Below are positions 1 to 9,307 of a stretch of 57,301 bases of DNA, in pieces. The translations under genes were made by a program, and so were the position numbers. Source of the DNA: a virus. Taxonomy: Duplodnaviria; Caudoviricetes. The first letter of the stretch is position 1; each line of letters begins with the position of its first letter. The stretch spans positions 1 through 57,301 of IMG/VR virus record IMGVR_UViG_3300045738_002091. One strand, 5' to 3'. The notes beneath the pieces were generated by a model. That model was not told the DNA's origin. It saw only the letters and a program-made list of their open reading frames with translations, and searched no databases.

Positions 1-1
1 A

Positions 2-856
2 ATAATTTGTGAATCTAATTTCCAACCCAACAACATCAGGGAGGGGTCTGATATAAAGTTTGATATGGATGCAGAAAGTTATCAAATTTCCAAAGTTGAT
101 GATCTGTATTTTGTTATAAATTTTGATGCGGTTAATTCTAGTGGACTTATAGTTAAGGAGTCCGACGCAAAAAATCTTGTTTTGGGAGATGTAATAGATA
201 TCTCCTTTAAGGAATACCAAGTAAGCAAAAGCGCCGAAATCATATACTCCGGAGAAGGATACAAGATAGGAGATAGGCTTCTCATAGATGAGGGGACTGT
301 TCGAAAAGATTTAGCTACTGGAGAAAGTTTTTTCGCAGAACTTGAAGTTTTATCTGTTAACGAAGAAGGAGGAGTTAAAGAACTAAAAATAAATAAAAAC
401 GGAAACTACTTGGAAATTCCAGAGGGCAGTTTACTTTTGGCTTGGACGCCAAAAGGGGGAACAGGAGAGCATTTAGAAATTAACGTTTATTTTTCTTCTC
501 ATTCTAAAAGAAGTGCATTTAAAAGAGAAATCATAAGTCTTTCTAAACTGGATGATGGAGCTTTTTATGCTGATTTAAACGCCCCTCTTTCAGAAGAGAT
601 AAGAACAGGTAAAATTTCATCAAAGAAAAAAGTAATAACAATTTCCATTCCGTATTTGTCTGAAACAAAAAATTCTCAACTTTTCGGAATAGTGCAAGAT
701 TTCACACAAAACTATAGGCTCCCACTTATGCTGGGAAACAGTTTAAACGCAGCGTTTATTTTTAATAAGGCCATGAAGTTAGCTGATCAAGAAATCGCAT
801 TATTGAAAGATAGAATAGAAAAACTTGAATCTATAATTCATAAGAAGGATAATTAA
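2..856 (+). CDS. 5'-truncated putative virion structural protein with a GxGY beta-repeat and a C-terminal coiled coil
   Basis: The frame is open from base 2 (IICESNFQP...DIKFDM), so the ORF runs off the window edge. IIYSGEGYKIGD...VKELKINKNGNY resembles GSGY repeats of large-phage baseplate/fibre proteins. It ends in a heptad-like ADQEIALLKDRIEKLE. Confidence 0.5.
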   Translation: MICESNFQPNNIREGSDIKFDMDAESYQISKVDDLYFVINFDAVNSSGLIVKESDAKNLVLGDVIDISFKEYQVSKSAEIIYSGEGYKIGDRLLIDEGTVRKDLATGESFFAELEVLSVNEEGGVKELKINKNGNYLEIPEGSLLLAWTPKGGTGEHLEINVYFSSHSKRSAFKREIISLSKLDDGAFYADLNAPLSEEIRTGKISSKKKVITISIPYLSETKNSQLFGIVQDFTQNYRLPLMLGNSLNAAFIFNKAMKLADQEIALLKDRIEKLESIIHKKDN

Positions 857-1715
857 AATCCTCTAATTTCAATAGGTGTTTTGTGTCATTGTAAATTCTA
901 GCTTCAACCTTCGCTCGGGTTCCGGTTTTAAGTTCGGGAAGGGAAATTGTTAAATAATATTCTCCCATAAATCCACATCCTGCGGTTATCACTTTTACTT
1001 CTTTTAATTTACCGTTTTCTATGACGGTTTCACATTTTGGTGGAAATACCATATTACGCTTACAACTAAACTCTATTGTTGGAGGCTCAGTATATCCTGA
1101 TCCTCCATCGACTACTTCTATGTCCAGTATATTATAATACGGTGTGTATTCCATAGCGTCTATTATTGTATATTTTTTATTAAATGAATCTCTATGAGCA
1201 ATTTGTTGAGATACAGAAAAAGCATCAAAACTATCAACAATTCCTATTGGATTCCCATTCTCGTCTCTTTGAGTATATGCATCTTTTAATCCTATTGCTT
1301 CTGCAAACTTCATGAGAATAAAATTTGGCAAATCTCTCAGGAATTTTTTTTGCATTGTTATATTTTTTAATTTTTTTTCGTCTCCCTCTTCTAAGTAGCG
1401 CATGAATAGAAGATCCAGCCCTTTGAACAGATCTTCTCTCTGCGGTATCCAAATGGAAAAATGTAGTTCTATTATATGCGAACGATCAAAGATTAGTTCG
1501 CCCTCCTTGAGGGCTAGACAACTTATATAAAATTCTGGCAATTGGCAATTTTCAAGCTCTCTATAAAAGATCTTAATCGAATCTTCTTTTGTCAAACCAA
1601 GCATCAGAATTCGCTCTCTTATAAGGGCCTCGTTGTCATCATCATCTTCAACCGGAATGAAAACAGAATTGAATTCTCCATCTTTTTCATAAAAAATTAT
1701 TAAAAATTTATCCAT
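831..1715 (-). CDS. Tail-assembly-chaperone-like domain fused to a GSGY baseplate-type repeat
   Basis: QREDLFKGLDLLFMRYLEEGD...KKFLRDLP resembles the phage tail assembly chaperone motif (R..L...D..F.RALE.GD...K..LRD.P). The C-terminal part is IEVVDGGSGYTEPPTIEF...IENGKLKEVKVITAGCGF. It lies immediately downstream of the gpJ-like gene. Confidence 0.55.
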   Translation of the reverse strand: MDKFLIIFYEKDGEFNSVFIPVEDDDDNEALIRERILMLGLTKEDSIKIFYRELENCQLPEFYISCLALKEGELIFDRSHIIELHFSIWIPQREDLFKGLDLLFMRYLEEGDEKKLKNITMQKKFLRDLPNFILMKFAEAIGLKDAYTQRDENGNPIGIVDSFDAFSVSQQIAHRDSFNKKYTIIDAMEYTPYYNILDIEVVDGGSGYTEPPTIEFSCKRNMVFPPKCETVIENGKLKEVKVITAGCGFMGEYYLTISLPELKTGTRAKVEARIYNDTKHLLKLEDFNYPSYEL

Positions 1716-1716
1716 T

Positions 1717-4700
1717 CTATTTCTTTATTGTAAGGCCCCTAAGGACAAGAGAGACGGTTCTCCATATAAATGTACAAGCAGTCTTTAGATTCCTATTTTT
1801 TCCCGTTGCGAAATCTATGTAATTTTGAAATATTTTGTATGCGTCTTCATGTTCGCCACTTGCGATAAAAGCCTTGGCACTTTCTCGATAACCCCTTCGG
1901 AATGCTTCTCCATACCAAGTGTTATGAAAATATTTTATACACCAACGAATGGCTTCTTGTCTTTGGCTCTCTGTGAAAGCGCCTGTTTCAACAGCGTGGC
2001 TTGCAATTACGCATTTGCTCTGGCTACCAGCATTGAAGTCAAGACTATAAGTACCTATATCGGTGGTAATCGAAGTTGGTGTCATGCTCGTACTTCTATC
2101 ATATACGTATGCATAACTCTGAGAGAGCCAAGTTGAATCTGCATTTGGTCCAACTTGACTAGGTAGGGGAATACCCTTCAATTTATTCATCTTGGTTCCC
2201 AAGAGAACTCCCGCGAAAAAACAACCGTGAAGTGGAGCACCGCCATATCCCCCTAAGGATATATCTCCTATCTCAAAATACTCTTTTGTTCTCTCCCCCA
2301 GTGAAAATCGTACTCCACTGGTTCCACCGAAAGTCGGAACGGGCTTGGTAAGAGAATAATAATTACTCCTCATTGGATCGGGAGAAAACGTGACAAATAC
2401 CTCATACAATGAGCTAGGTAACGGACTTGAAAACCAAAACCTTCTTCCTGATCGAGTTGCATCGATTGTGAAAACTTTGTAAGCTGTTCCATCACCCTTA
2501 CCTCCCATTCTCTTTGCTTGTCTAATATTGTAATTAGCTCCATGATTCACAAATTCTGTTTTAGAAATATTGGCAGAATGATAGTGTAATTCTCTTCTCG
2601 CATTTGCATTTATATTATAATAAATCCAAGCTCTCCATTTTAATGACCCTTCTAGAAATGAGTTTCTGCTCATTACCCTTACGACTCTCTCAGACCAAAC
2701 GACTTTTCGAAGTAACGTTTTCTTTGCGGGGGCTACATCAAGTGTCGAAATCCAAAACTGATCAATAAAACCAACACTAACGAAAAGATGAGGAGTCACC
2801 CCCTCCATTGCTATGTCATCTACAAATGCTTCTTTGCCTATGTCTACGAAAGGGGTTTTTATGCTAAATGCAAGGTTGGCGTCTTCTGATAGTCCTTCAG
2901 AAAAGAATATGTAACTGGATGGAAAAGAAGCTTCTGGTAATTTTATTCTAGTAGAAATTGAGTCGGTTAAACTATCCCCCTCGAAAGCTGTCAACATGTC
3001 TGGTATATCTGATGCTACAAAAGAGCCTTTAGAAACAATAAATACGGCACACCTTAGGTCAGGCTGATCACCCAGAATGGGTGGATCGGCATCATCTTTT
3101 TCCACCACGAGATTCACTGATCCGTCCTCTTCAAGCCACATATCAGTACAGAAATTTGGGTCAGTGGTATTTTCACAAGTTTCTACTACTGCTCCTTCTG
3201 GCGTACCATATCTGTCTGTTAAATTTACGCTGGGGAATGGTTCATTATTTACATAAAGTATGTCATATCCGGGATTATTAGTGTAGGTAGAATCTGATGT
3301 AACGTCACCAGCTTCATTTCTTATAATTTGTCCTCCCGCAGAAGAATAACCATTTGGGTCTACTCCTTCCACAACTACATCCATAGTTCTATATGGGGAT
3401 ATTCCATCCCCTATGGTCGTTCCCATGTCAGGATCATCGGGTATGGCAGCATTTTCGGCAATGCTCAAGGTATCGCTGAACCTCGTGGCCGCAACATCTA
3501 CCCTTTCGAAAAGTAAATTCGTGCTGGGATTAGCAGCGGTTGGTCCGGTTGTTTCTCTGTATGATACCCTATATGTAAAATCGTTTGGAATGGATATTCC
3601 CCCATATCCGTCTTGTTCTAATGCGTCCAGTAATGCTGCTGAAAAACTAGCATCCCACCCCACATCTATATTTGCAGTGATATATTCACCATTGGAATCT
3701 TTTTGACCGTGTCTATTTGTAGCGCCCTCTGCTAGGATTTCACCTTCTAGCGCTAAGGAACTTATCACCAAATCAAGGATCAAAAAAACACCTGTAATAT
3801 CGATAGTCGTATAAACAAATTCGGTTAAACTTGGAGAACATTGGCCAGCCCTATTTACCGCATATGCTCTAATATAAAATCTTCCATTCGTCATTGGAAC
3901 GTAAAGTGTAGCTGTATTGGGATGACTCACAAAACCCAGAAAAAATTCGTTATTTGGAAGGAAACCATATGGGTCATCTGTAAAATCAGTAGAGGCATTA
4001 AAATCGTTGCTTCCGTCATCTCCTAACTCGGCTCTCTTTATGTAAAATTTATAACCCATCAACTTGCCGAGCAGGGCTTCTTGATCGGCAACAGAGCTTT
4101 TTTCGACAGTAATATCTATTTTATATGCATGTGTATTTGATATTGCTGTTGCTGTTGCTCTAATGCCATTTGGCTTGGTGGGAAACAGGGCCATCGATGG
4201 GGACACCTCCTCATACAAATCATCGATAAGGGGATATTTTTCTGGAGCATATTCAATTGCGTTGATATTGTATCTAAATTGTTCTTTTTCCTGAACGGTT
4301 ATAACCCTAAATCTTTCTAAATCATCTATTTCTCTGGTTTCTCCAGTCACTTCTATTGTCCAAATAAAAGAGTCTGGTTTTGGTTCTATAAATCCGCTTT
4401 CGACACCATTATCTAATAGCACATTTCCATTGTTATCATAAAGCAACCCACTAAACCCTGTTACATTGTATGTTTCGCCATCAAAAACATTTATTCCTTC
4501 GGAATAATTACCAGTTAAATTAATAACGCTAACATAATCACCTTCGTCGCCGCCGCTTTGTTGATAAGAATGAAGAACGCCCTCAGCCCCGGTATGTATA
4601 ACGTCTGATTTGTTAAATTGGAATTCCTGTATGGCTGGCCTATGAAGATAATTTTGTGCCGCCACACTACCATCTATCCTTGTATTAATTGAATCGACAT

Positions 4701-6999
4701 AAGACGGTGGGGTTAACACCTTCAGAGTAAAGAATTCTTTACCCTCTATTATCGCAGTGTCCCTAATAAATCCCGATATAGATTGATCCAAATATACCCA
4801 TGAAGGTGCATCAGTTTCACCCGTGGCAACGTCTATTCTGGGACTCCGACCTCCCTGCCTGTTTTTGAGAAAAGTATCATAACTGGTTCTATGAATATCT
4901 GACACGCCAATAACATCCCCCGGAGAAATATACGCTCCTTCAATTCCGGCAGAAAATGCTATATTTTGAGTCTCCAAAGATTCAGTCAGTAAAACATATT
5001 TTGCTAATCTTCTTGCTTGGCTTCTTGTCACACATCCGAAAGCTGTAAGATCCTTTACTCTAGTACCATATTTTTTTATACCGCCAACCTCTTCTACATA
5101 TTCAAGCTGAGGTTTATAATGTTCAAATTTATCATTGTATTTAACAATACATACTGTGTGTCTGGCTTTTCTTCCTGAATTGCTATATACGAATTTTCCA
5201 TCTATCACATTTGCATTAGAAAATGTGTATTGTGTTTCTTTCGGAGAATCGAACGTAGCTTGTAATTTCCCTCCTTGATAATAAGAAAGCCCTCTAAATA
5301 TAGAAGCAAAAGAATTTATTATACCATAGGCATCATCTCGCGTTGTCACTGCTACGTTACAAGCAAATCTTGGTTCGCCTTGGGCGGTTCCATCACGATT
5401 TGTTAATCCGTTCGGAACCATTTCGTCACAATATTTGGATATTTCATATAGTGTCCATTTGTCTATGTTATTTTCCTCCATATATTTTCCCAGTCCATAT
5501 CGTATATTGGTAATCAAGTCATAAAATATCCAAACTGGGTTATCGGTCCATTGTTTAAGTATCGTCCCATCACTTCTTCTTTTCCAATCGCCATTCCAGT
5601 CTTCCGTAGTGCTTCCGTCGCCTATGCGATTTCCATTCTCGTCATAAGCCTCGTCCACCGTTGGATCGTGGCCTTCTGGGGGCGAATTGCGAATACTTCC
5701 ATAAGTTTTTAGTATCGGGTTATAATTGTTTGGAACCTTTACCTTAATTCCTTTGGTCATGAAAGTTCTTTTTGGAATGGCCGAAAAAGAATCTGCCCTG
5801 AATCTGCTTCTTACATATGCGCTATTTGGATAACAATATTTTTCATTATATATCTCTATGATCGAATCTACCGATGTCTGATTTGCTGCGTGAGTCCCGA
5901 AACTGTCCCAAGTTTCTCTATAGACGGCAACCTTCCACCCAAGAAAAGATGGATGCTCCATGTCTGGTCTAAATTTTGATTCGTCTATTTCTACGGACGT
6001 TTCTCTCAAATATCCCGCCCGAACCACTCCATAAATTGATTCCAAGGAAACATTTGACGTGCTTTGGCTTGTAAGATTTCCGTTAGAATCTCTTTCCCAA
6101 AAATCTACATTTTTTTCGTCGTCCCCAAAATAAGGTCTGTAGTCAATCCTATAAGTTATGTAGTCACCCTTTATATCTCCTTTTCCAATCGCTGGCCTAT
6201 CGCCCTGATAATTAAACGGCCCACCGAGTTCTCTTCTAAATAGGGAACTAACTCTTATAACTACTTTAAATGAGGTGCAGTGTTTATTTAAAATTTTATA
6301 AAATTTAGCCTGATCTCTTCCTTGGGAATCTTCACCAGCTTTTAATTCCATGTTGTCAGGATTGTAAGAATCCTGATCAGTAGATGTTTTTTTGTATTGG
6401 ATTTCAGGACCAAAAAGTCTTTCGCCAATGGTTTTGATGACCTGAAGTTTATCAAGCGGATTGTCAGTAACCGCATCAGCCAAGCCAATAGCCTCTCCAC
6501 GAGGTTCTCCGAGGGTAAATGCAAAGTCTGTATCTCGATAATTTAGATACGCCTGTCGGGTCATAATTTCTACATCGTTATAATATACAGACCTTAAATA
6601 ACCGGATACATGAGCTTCGCTGCTCCCTGCTGAAATTGGAATAAATGGTGAAAATTTAGCCGATTCGTAACCTGTTTCTCCGACTATGGAAGTATACGCA
6701 TATTCACCAGAGGTTATCCCCTCTATTGGTCCTTCACTAAGTAGATCTATCGTTTCAAGAATACTTAGCGATAGAGCGCCCGGAGGTTTACCCGCATCTG
6801 TGCGTACCTTGGATCTTTTCCATTCTGCTTTTTCTATTCTCCTATCTATGCCGACTGGTTCTTCTGTCGAGTCTCTGGGCGAGGGCGATGGGGGAGGACC
6901 ACCAAACCATCTGTGAAACTCAACGTCGTCTTGGATGAGGTGAAACTGACCAGAATTATCTCCTGAATTACCGCTATATTTTATGTCTATTTTATTCAT
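1717..6999 (-). CDS. Tail tip / central tail fibre protein, lambda gpJ (TipJ)-like, 1760 aa
   Basis: gpJ-family motifs: DLLSEGPIEG, YPNSAY...F..IPKR...GIKVKVP.NY.P, WNG.WK...WTDNPVWIFYDL.TN.RYGLG, IDKW.LYEI.KYCDE.V, EPRF.CN, GC..RSQA.R..KY.LLTE, PGDVI.V.D. Synteny with M-L-K-I. Confidence 0.92.
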   Translation of the reverse strand: MNKIDIKYSGNSGDNSGQFHLIQDDVEFHRWFGGPPPSPSPRDSTEEPVGIDRRIEKAEWKRSKVRTDAGKPPGALSLSILETIDLLSEGPIEGITSGEYAYTSIVGETGYESAKFSPFIPISAGSSEAHVSGYLRSVYYNDVEIMTRQAYLNYRDTDFAFTLGEPRGEAIGLADAVTDNPLDKLQVIKTIGERLFGPEIQYKKTSTDQDSYNPDNMELKAGEDSQGRDQAKFYKILNKHCTSFKVVIRVSSLFRRELGGPFNYQGDRPAIGKGDIKGDYITYRIDYRPYFGDDEKNVDFWERDSNGNLTSQSTSNVSLESIYGVVRAGYLRETSVEIDESKFRPDMEHPSFLGWKVAVYRETWDSFGTHAANQTSVDSIIEIYNEKYCYPNSAYVRSRFRADSFSAIPKRTFMTKGIKVKVPNNYNPILKTYGSIRNSPPEGHDPTVDEAYDENGNRIGDGSTTEDWNGDWKRRSDGTILKQWTDNPVWIFYDLITNIRYGLGKYMEENNIDKWTLYEISKYCDEMVPNGLTNRDGTAQGEPRFACNVAVTTRDDAYGIINSFASIFRGLSYYQGGKLQATFDSPKETQYTFSNANVIDGKFVYSNSGRKARHTVCIVKYNDKFEHYKPQLEYVEEVGGIKKYGTRVKDLTAFGCVTRSQARRLAKYVLLTESLETQNIAFSAGIEGAYISPGDVIGVSDIHRTSYDTFLKNRQGGRSPRIDVATGETDAPSWVYLDQSISGFIRDTAIIEGKEFFTLKVLTPPSYVDSINTRIDGSVAAQNYLHRPAIQEFQFNKSDVIHTGAEGVLHSYQQSGGDEGDYVSVINLTGNYSEGINVFDGETYNVTGFSGLLYDNNGNVLLDNGVESGFIEPKPDSFIWTIEVTGETREIDDLERFRVITVQEKEQFRYNINAIEYAPEKYPLIDDLYEEVSPSMALFPTKPNGIRATATAISNTHAYKIDITVEKSSVADQEALLGKLMGYKFYIKRAELGDDGSNDFNASTDFTDDPYGFLPNNEFFLGFVSHPNTATLYVPMTNGRFYIRAYAVNRAGQCSPSLTEFVYTTIDITGVFLILDLVISSLALEGEILAEGATNRHGQKDSNGEYITANIDVGWDASFSAALLDALEQDGYGGISIPNDFTYRVSYRETTGPTAANPSTNLLFERVDVAATRFSDTLSIAENAAIPDDPDMGTTIGDGISPYRTMDVVVEGVDPNGYSSAGGQIIRNEAGDVTSDSTYTNNPGYDILYVNNEPFPSVNLTDRYGTPEGAVVETCENTTDPNFCTDMWLEEDGSVNLVVEKDDADPPILGDQPDLRCAVFIVSKGSFVASDIPDMLTAFEGDSLTDSISTRIKLPEASFPSSYIFFSEGLSEDANLAFSIKTPFVDIGKEAFVDDIAMEGVTPHLFVSVGFIDQFWISTLDVAPAKKTLLRKVVWSERVVRVMSRNSFLEGSLKWRAWIYYNINANARRELHYHSANISKTEFVNHGANYNIRQAKRMGGKGDGTAYKVFTIDATRSGRRFWFSSPLPSSLYEVFVTFSPDPMRSNYYSLTKPVPTFGGTSGVRFSLGERTKEYFEIGDISLGGYGGAPLHGCFFAGVLLGTKMNKLKGIPLPSQVGPNADSTWLSQSYAYVYDRSTSMTPTSITTDIGTYSLDFNAGSQSKCVIASHAVETGAFTESQRQEAIRWCIKYFHNTWYGEAFRRGYRESAKAFIASGEHEDAYKIFQNYIDFATGKNRNLKTACTFIWRTVSLVLRGLTIKK

Positions 7000-7924
7000 T
7001 AAATAAGGGCTTTAAAATTTTACGAACAAATGACCTCAAGGGTGCATCAGTATTATACCCCAAAGAGTCCAACTTATCTATTCTAGATTTTTCTTGATAG
7101 GGGTGATGAAGAATAGAGTCATTACCTAAATATATTCCAAAATGTGCTGGGTAATTTATATCCCATTGATCTTGACCTTCGCCTCCCAAGATCAACAAAT
7201 TATGTTTTTCAAGATTTTTTACTAATTTGAATTTAGATTTAGTTAACAAATCGACATAATAATTTTGCATGGTTTTTTTATTTAGTCCTTCTCTAAGCTT
7301 TACGCATTCCCAAGTTCCTTTTTTTTGATGTGGGTTATAATGACCCTTAGGTATCGCCTTTTTATAGAGAATTTTTAAATTAGTGTATTTGAATTTTAAA
7401 CCCGTAGGAAAAAATTCAGAAAGATCACTTATCTCTTTCTTCGTCAAGGTTTGACCACTTGCGTCAAGCACATTCGCATCTTCGAGTTCTTCCAGATAAA
7501 CATTAAAATATTTTTGATAATAATCTTCGACCAATTCACTATCTGCAAAGATGCCTAAGCAATAATTTCTTCCGACAAAAGGAGCTACCCATCCTCTTGG
7601 CTCATAAACTTTGAATGTTTCATTTTCCAAGCAGTATAAAATCAATTTTAACTTGAGTTTTTCACTTACGTATTTGTCTTCCCAGCTAAAACTGTCCTGT
7701 TTTCCGCTTGGATGAGAATGATAAAAATAAACCAATTCGCTTCCTTTGGATTTTGAAATGATTTCGTCCCTTGACAGAAGGCAATGTTTTTCAGGCGTAG
7801 GAGAGATATTTTTGCAACGCTCTGCTATGAGGCCAAATGAATTTTTGACAATAATGCCCCCACACTCATGAGGCTGTGACTCTTCTGCATGTGCTTTAAT
7901 AAATTTTTTAACTGTTTCATTCAT
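6992..7924 (-). CDS. Second gpK-like protein: JAB/MPN metalloprotease plus degenerate NlpC/P60 domain
   Basis: JAB motif HAEESQPHECGG...YHSHP...S.ED. The NlpC part retains GR.Y..G...LV.DYY and HFGIYLG...ILHH but lacks the DC catalytic Cys. Confidence 0.85.
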   Translation of the reverse strand: MNETVKKFIKAHAEESQPHECGGIIVKNSFGLIAERCKNISPTPEKHCLLSRDEIISKSKGSELVYFYHSHPSGKQDSFSWEDKYVSEKLKLKLILYCLENETFKVYEPRGWVAPFVGRNYCLGIFADSELVEDYYQKYFNVYLEELEDANVLDASGQTLTKKEISDLSEFFPTGLKFKYTNLKILYKKAIPKGHYNPHQKKGTWECVKLREGLNKKTMQNYYVDLLTKSKFKLVKNLEKHNLLILGGEGQDQWDINYPAHFGIYLGNDSILHHPYQEKSRIDKLDSLGYNTDAPLRSFVRKILKPLFNE

Positions 7925-7931
7925 GGGATTA

Positions 7932-8597
7932 CTATGATGTCATTAATCCGTCTCCTGCCGTGATGTGAGTTATATCTCCGTATTGTCCGATTACGTTACT
8001 CCCAGCTAAAATTTCACCGTATATAATAGGTATGGGATTTCCTTCCCTGACAATATTCACTGGACCGTTAAATAGGTAAGAACCTTGTGTCATACCTGCA
8101 ATTTTTTCTATCTTGTCAAATTCGGGGGGCTGCATCATCATCATGGCCAACCCAGAACCCACAAGCGCTGCTCCAGCAGCAAATACCATCATTGCTACAA
8201 TCTGTCCCCCCGGAACAAAAAAGGAAGCTACCATTAATAATGCCCCGAGAATGGTCATTCCGCCCCCATCTCCAGACCCTTCGATTATGGGAATGATATC
8301 TATTGTTTTTAAATTCTTTGTCCTAAGGACAATATTTGAGTTCATAAGTATTCCTATGTCTTTTTCGAGGGTTCTTTCTGTATTTCCTAGTTCTCCATTC
8401 ATCATTAGTTCTTCTCCGTTAATCAAAACGGAAAATCTTGTATTGGATTTTTGCCCTTCTAAAAAAAGCCTGTTAAGTTTATTTTGAGTTTTTACATTTA
8501 TTGCGTGTAAGGCTTCGCTTGCAGAAGCAACGCAAATATCCCATTGGTTTTTTCCAAGTGATTTACCTAGTCCTCCATGAAATTTTATTCTTGTCAT
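7932..8597 (-). CDS. Tail assembly protein, lambda gpI-like (ubiquitin-like N-domain plus hydrophobic segment)
   Basis: Start reassigned to ATG 8597 (ATGA overlap with the gpK stop). MTRIKFHGGLG...ASEALHAI, IDIIPIIEGSG, a Gly/Ala hydrophobic stretch, SYLFNGPVN..REGNPIPIIYGE...GS. Confidence 0.9.
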   Translation of the reverse strand: MTRIKFHGGLGKSLGKNQWDICVASASEALHAINVKTQNKLNRLFLEGQKSNTRFSVLINGEELMMNGELGNTERTLEKDIGILMNSNIVLRTKNLKTIDIIPIIEGSGDGGGMTILGALLMVASFFVPGGQIVAMMVFAAGAALVGSGLAMMMMQPPEFDKIEKIAGMTQGSYLFNGPVNIVREGNPIPIIYGEILAGSNVIGQYGDITHITAGDGLMTS

Positions 8598-9307
8598 TTT
8601 ATTTTTTTGTTTCTTAGTGCAATTACGGTTCTTTTCTTCAAGGACGGAGAATATTCTTCTATACAGGAAAAACCATTTTCTGGGTGATGGAGTATACAAT
8701 CATTACCTATGTAAATAGCAGCATGAGAAGGAAATTCTTCCCCATATTTATTAATAATAAGGCCGTCTCCTTTTTTTATCTTTTTTTTATCCACTTCAAA
8801 AAACCCCTCTTTTTTAAAGTTTTTTTCGTATAGCCAAATATTAGAATAATTAACGGAAAAAGAATGATCTTTCCAACGCTTGCTTATTTTAATGTCGTGT
8901 TCTACTTCGTAATAATCTAAGCAAAGAGAGAAACAGTCGTTTACTCCTACTTCAAAATTTCTTCCTATTAAATCTATTTTTTTGCCCTTCGGAATATATT
9001 CTTTGAATTGATTTGTCTTAACATGATAGAGTAAATATCTTATATTTTGAGCTTCACTTTGTACCTTATCATGCTCTGAGAAATCATTGTTATCACCGAT
9101 ATGAGAGTGATATACAGAAATTATTTCTCCCAAGGTGGCAGCGTTGAGGTATTCTTTTGCGCTTATTTTAAAATGCTTATTTTTTAGAGAGGAAGAATTA
9201 ACACACCGAAATACAACCATTTCGTCAGTTTTTTGCACAAGAAAACCACAGCATTCATTTGGAAGCTCACTTCTTGCGTGTTTGATTATTTCTTTTTTAA
9301 CGATCAT
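8594..9307 (-). CDS. Tail assembly protein, lambda gpK-like (JAB plus NlpC/P60)
   Basis: Start reassigned to ATG 9307 (TAATG overlap). PNECCG...YHSH...FSEHD (JAB); LIGRNFEVGVNDCFSL..DYY and SHAAIYIG...ILHH (intact NlpC Cys/His). Confidence 0.92.
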   Translation of the reverse strand: MIVKKEIIKHARSELPNECCGFLVQKTDEMVVFRCVNSSSLKNKHFKISAKEYLNAATLGEIISVYHSHIGDNNDFSEHDKVQSEAQNIRYLLYHVKTNQFKEYIPKGKKIDLIGRNFEVGVNDCFSLCLDYYEVEHDIKISKRWKDHSFSVNYSNIWLYEKNFKKEGFFEVDKKKIKKGDGLIINKYGEEFPSHAAIYIGNDCILHHPENGFSCIEEYSPSLKKRTVIALRNKKIK

